Source: Pelomyxa schiedti (lineage: Eukaryota; Protista; Evosea). From it: a stretch of 64,000 bases of DNA. Position 1 is the first letter of the stretch. Each line of letters opens with the position of its first letter. A model generated the notes under the pieces. The model searched no databases and was not told the origin of the DNA. It was given only the letters and a program-made list of their open reading frames with translations. Below are positions 61,530 to 64,000 of the stretch, one piece after another. Position numbers and translations under genes: made by a program. The stretch is from assembly GCA_020536535.1 (NCBI GenBank), contig JAHLWZ010000530.1:124001-188000 (forward strand), written 5' to 3'.

Positions 61530-64000
61530 ATGACAACACACCAGCAGTGCGAGGAGTTGGGATTTGCGTGCTCGACTGGCACCATGCCCGAGTTGCCGTC
61601 ACCCACGTGGGACATCAACACCCCCATCGACGGTAGTTGGACCATGCTCCACATCGCGTGCTATTACGGGAACGAGTCGGTTGTTGGGCAGCTCCTTGGT
61701 GTGGTGGGTGCCTCACGCAGCCCCCCAATCGACCCAAACAAAACCGACAGCCATGGCCGAACGCCGCTGTGTTACGCTGCTTGCCAGGGCCACGAAGCAG
61801 TGGTGAGGATGTTGGTGGCAAGACCCAATGTGGATGTGAACAAGGGGTGCCCACTGGTCGAGGCATGTAGTAATCACCGCATGAAGGTGGTGGTGGCGTT
61901 GCTTGAGTGCCCACGTGTGGCCGTCAACTTGTTGCAAACAGCAGGAGACCAGCAGTCACACAAGGGTCAAACAGCACTGCACATGGCCTGCGAAATGAGA
62001 TTCGTGAAAGGGGTGAAGGTTCTGCTCCAGGTAAATGGAGTTGACACAAACCGCAAAAACATCAATGGTGAAACACCACTTGATGTGGCAACAAGAAGGA
62101 AGGTTTCAGATGGCAAATACACTGATATATGCAACCTCTTGAAGGATCACAACGCGAGAATTATTCAATCCTCAAGCCACACGTTACCGCCACCACAACC
62201 ACAATCACAACCCACAGCAACCACGATGACAGAAACGGTTCCAACTGCCACCAGGACCGCCACCAGCAATGTGGTGTCCAAAGCTCTTGGCATCATTGAC
62301 AGCAGTAACAACTGGGAAATCGCTGCAGAGCAGCAGAAGAGTAACCCTTCCTCCATTGTGCCACACACCTCACTCACACTTTGTGTTGAAAAGGAGAAAT
62401 CACAGAACTGAATGCACGAATCACACAATTGGAGGATGAAAACGCAAAGAACCTGAAGCTTCTCCATGATGAAAGAAAATATAGACAGAATTCAGAGGTG
62501 TGTGTTTGCTGGTCTTATGACGGATTCGTCGATAGTAATAACCTCTTTTGACAATGCATTCCACAGATGGAACTCCAAAGGGTGCAAGAAAAAAACGTGT
62601 TGGACATGACTGCAAAGAACAACGGTTTTTTGACACACCTTTTCTCCTCCTCCTTTTTCTCTTGTTTTGAATTCAAAAGTGAACTCAAAACCCTTTTTTT
62701 CCCCTTCTTCCAAACACAGAAATCATGGAACTGGAGGCCCTTATAACAACATTGGAGGAAGAAAGTGCCAAGAACCTGAAGATCTTTTGTGATGCAAGAG
62801 AGTTTTCACAACAAAGATCTTGTGATCTCCAACAGTGTATGTGCTCACAAGATCCTCTTTTTCAACCAACCACATCACCATGCTTCATTCTAACTTTAAA
62901 GCAGGCATGAATCACATGATGTCACATTTTGAACAAGGAGAAGGCACATGGTGCAACATTCTTCCTGAAAACAACAAAAGCTGCAAGAGATCACAAATCA
63001 GGATTGCATTTGAGGATTTTCCCTCTTTTGAGGAAATTGTGTGTGCCTTCTGTCCTCTTCAAATGGTATGTGACTGTGCTCTCCTTTGGCATTTCCCCCC
63101 ACCCCCCCCCCCCCCCTTTGTTGTTGTTGTGATGTTGGTCACTGGCTGGGTGCATGGAAAAATAACGAGACAAACAAACACAGGTTGCAAAGATTGTAAT
63201 CTCAAAGAAGTTTGGAATTGAACTGGCCCAACAAGTGATTTTCATTGTTGGCCCAGGAAACAACAACTCTGATGAGGAACTGCTGACGGATTCGTCCAGA
63301 ACCTTGGATGACATTCAAAAACTACAACAACAAGAAGGAAGCAGCAGCACAAACATAGCAGTTCAAATCAAAGTTCGAATCAAATCAAGCATGACAATAC
63401 AAGAGAAAGACCTGAAAGTTGTTTCGACACTTGGAGTTGGATCGTACGGAACTGTTTTCAAGTGCTCCTTCCTTCACAACGTGGCCACCCCTTCATCATC
63501 ATCAGAAGCAACGACAACAACGTTTGTGGCAGTGAAAGCACTTCACGAAATCATCAGATCAGAGTCAAACATCACACGATTCCAGCAGGAAGCTCTGGTG
63601 AGTGCCACCCTGTGTTTGAAAACAAATTCATTCATCCACTCACCATCTCACCAGATTTCATCAAGCTTGAGGCATCCCAACATTGTGAGATGCCTTGGAA
63701 CGTGCATTTGCACGAGCACAGGGTCACTCTGGATCGTCTCTGAACTCATGGAAATGAGCCTCAGGCAGCTCCTCCGTCATGTTTGTTTTCCTCCTCCCAC
63801 TTTGAAAACATATGAACATTCAACAAACACAATCAGAAAGATTTGACATTCACAGAAGTTGTTGCAGTTTCTTCGGGAATTGCCAAGGGGATGACTGCAC
63901 TTCACAGGTTTCAATCTTTCTGTTTTTTCTTTTGCTTGTCAAACCCACAACATCAACTCTAATTTTTCCCAATACGAAAAATGGATTTGCAACAAAAACA
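61530..64000 (+). CDS. Tandem paralog of the ankyrin-Ubl-TKL kinase, truncated by the window end
   Basis: Ankyrins (WTMLHIACYYGN, GRTPLCYAACQGH, GQTALHMAC, GETPLDVA); shared GTWCNILPENN.SCKRSQI and QEKDLKVVSTLGVGSYGTVFK..LRHPNIVRCLG. Confidence 0.85.

Overview
Gene-dense, intron-rich eukaryotic DNA with many short GT-AG introns, weak 5' splice sites and GC-rich 5' exons. The gene families suggest an amoebozoan protist, possibly an archamoeba such as Pelomyxa (inference). About 20 protein-coding genes are recognisable: VIT-VWA-TPR-DUF2135 protein, F-box-like/ZZ-finger protein, several repeat-domain kinases, PHD-winged-helix+CXXC protein, VAMP-like SNARE, actin-fragmin-kinase/nitrilase fusion, NT-C2+DIL protein, SMARCAL1-like helicase, Crinkler-type NTPase-REase, S10 carboxypeptidase, GH99, GH172/DUF2961 and a MORN protein. 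Two results stand out. (1) The disordered middle of the VIT-VWA-DUF2135 protein is a string of short motifs resembling several different spliceosomal proteins (YJU2, CRNKL1/Clf1, DDX46/Prp5, PRPF6, CWC25, PRPF31, SF3A1), suggesting a spliceosome-mimicking bait/decoy region. (2) A 5-exon SelW/Rdx-type selenoprotein gene (CxxU, in-frame TGA) with a 3' SECIS is not shown as a gene by the ORF track. All family calls come from motif recognition by eye and memory; no database search was run, and boundaries of multi-exon genes are approximate unless stated.
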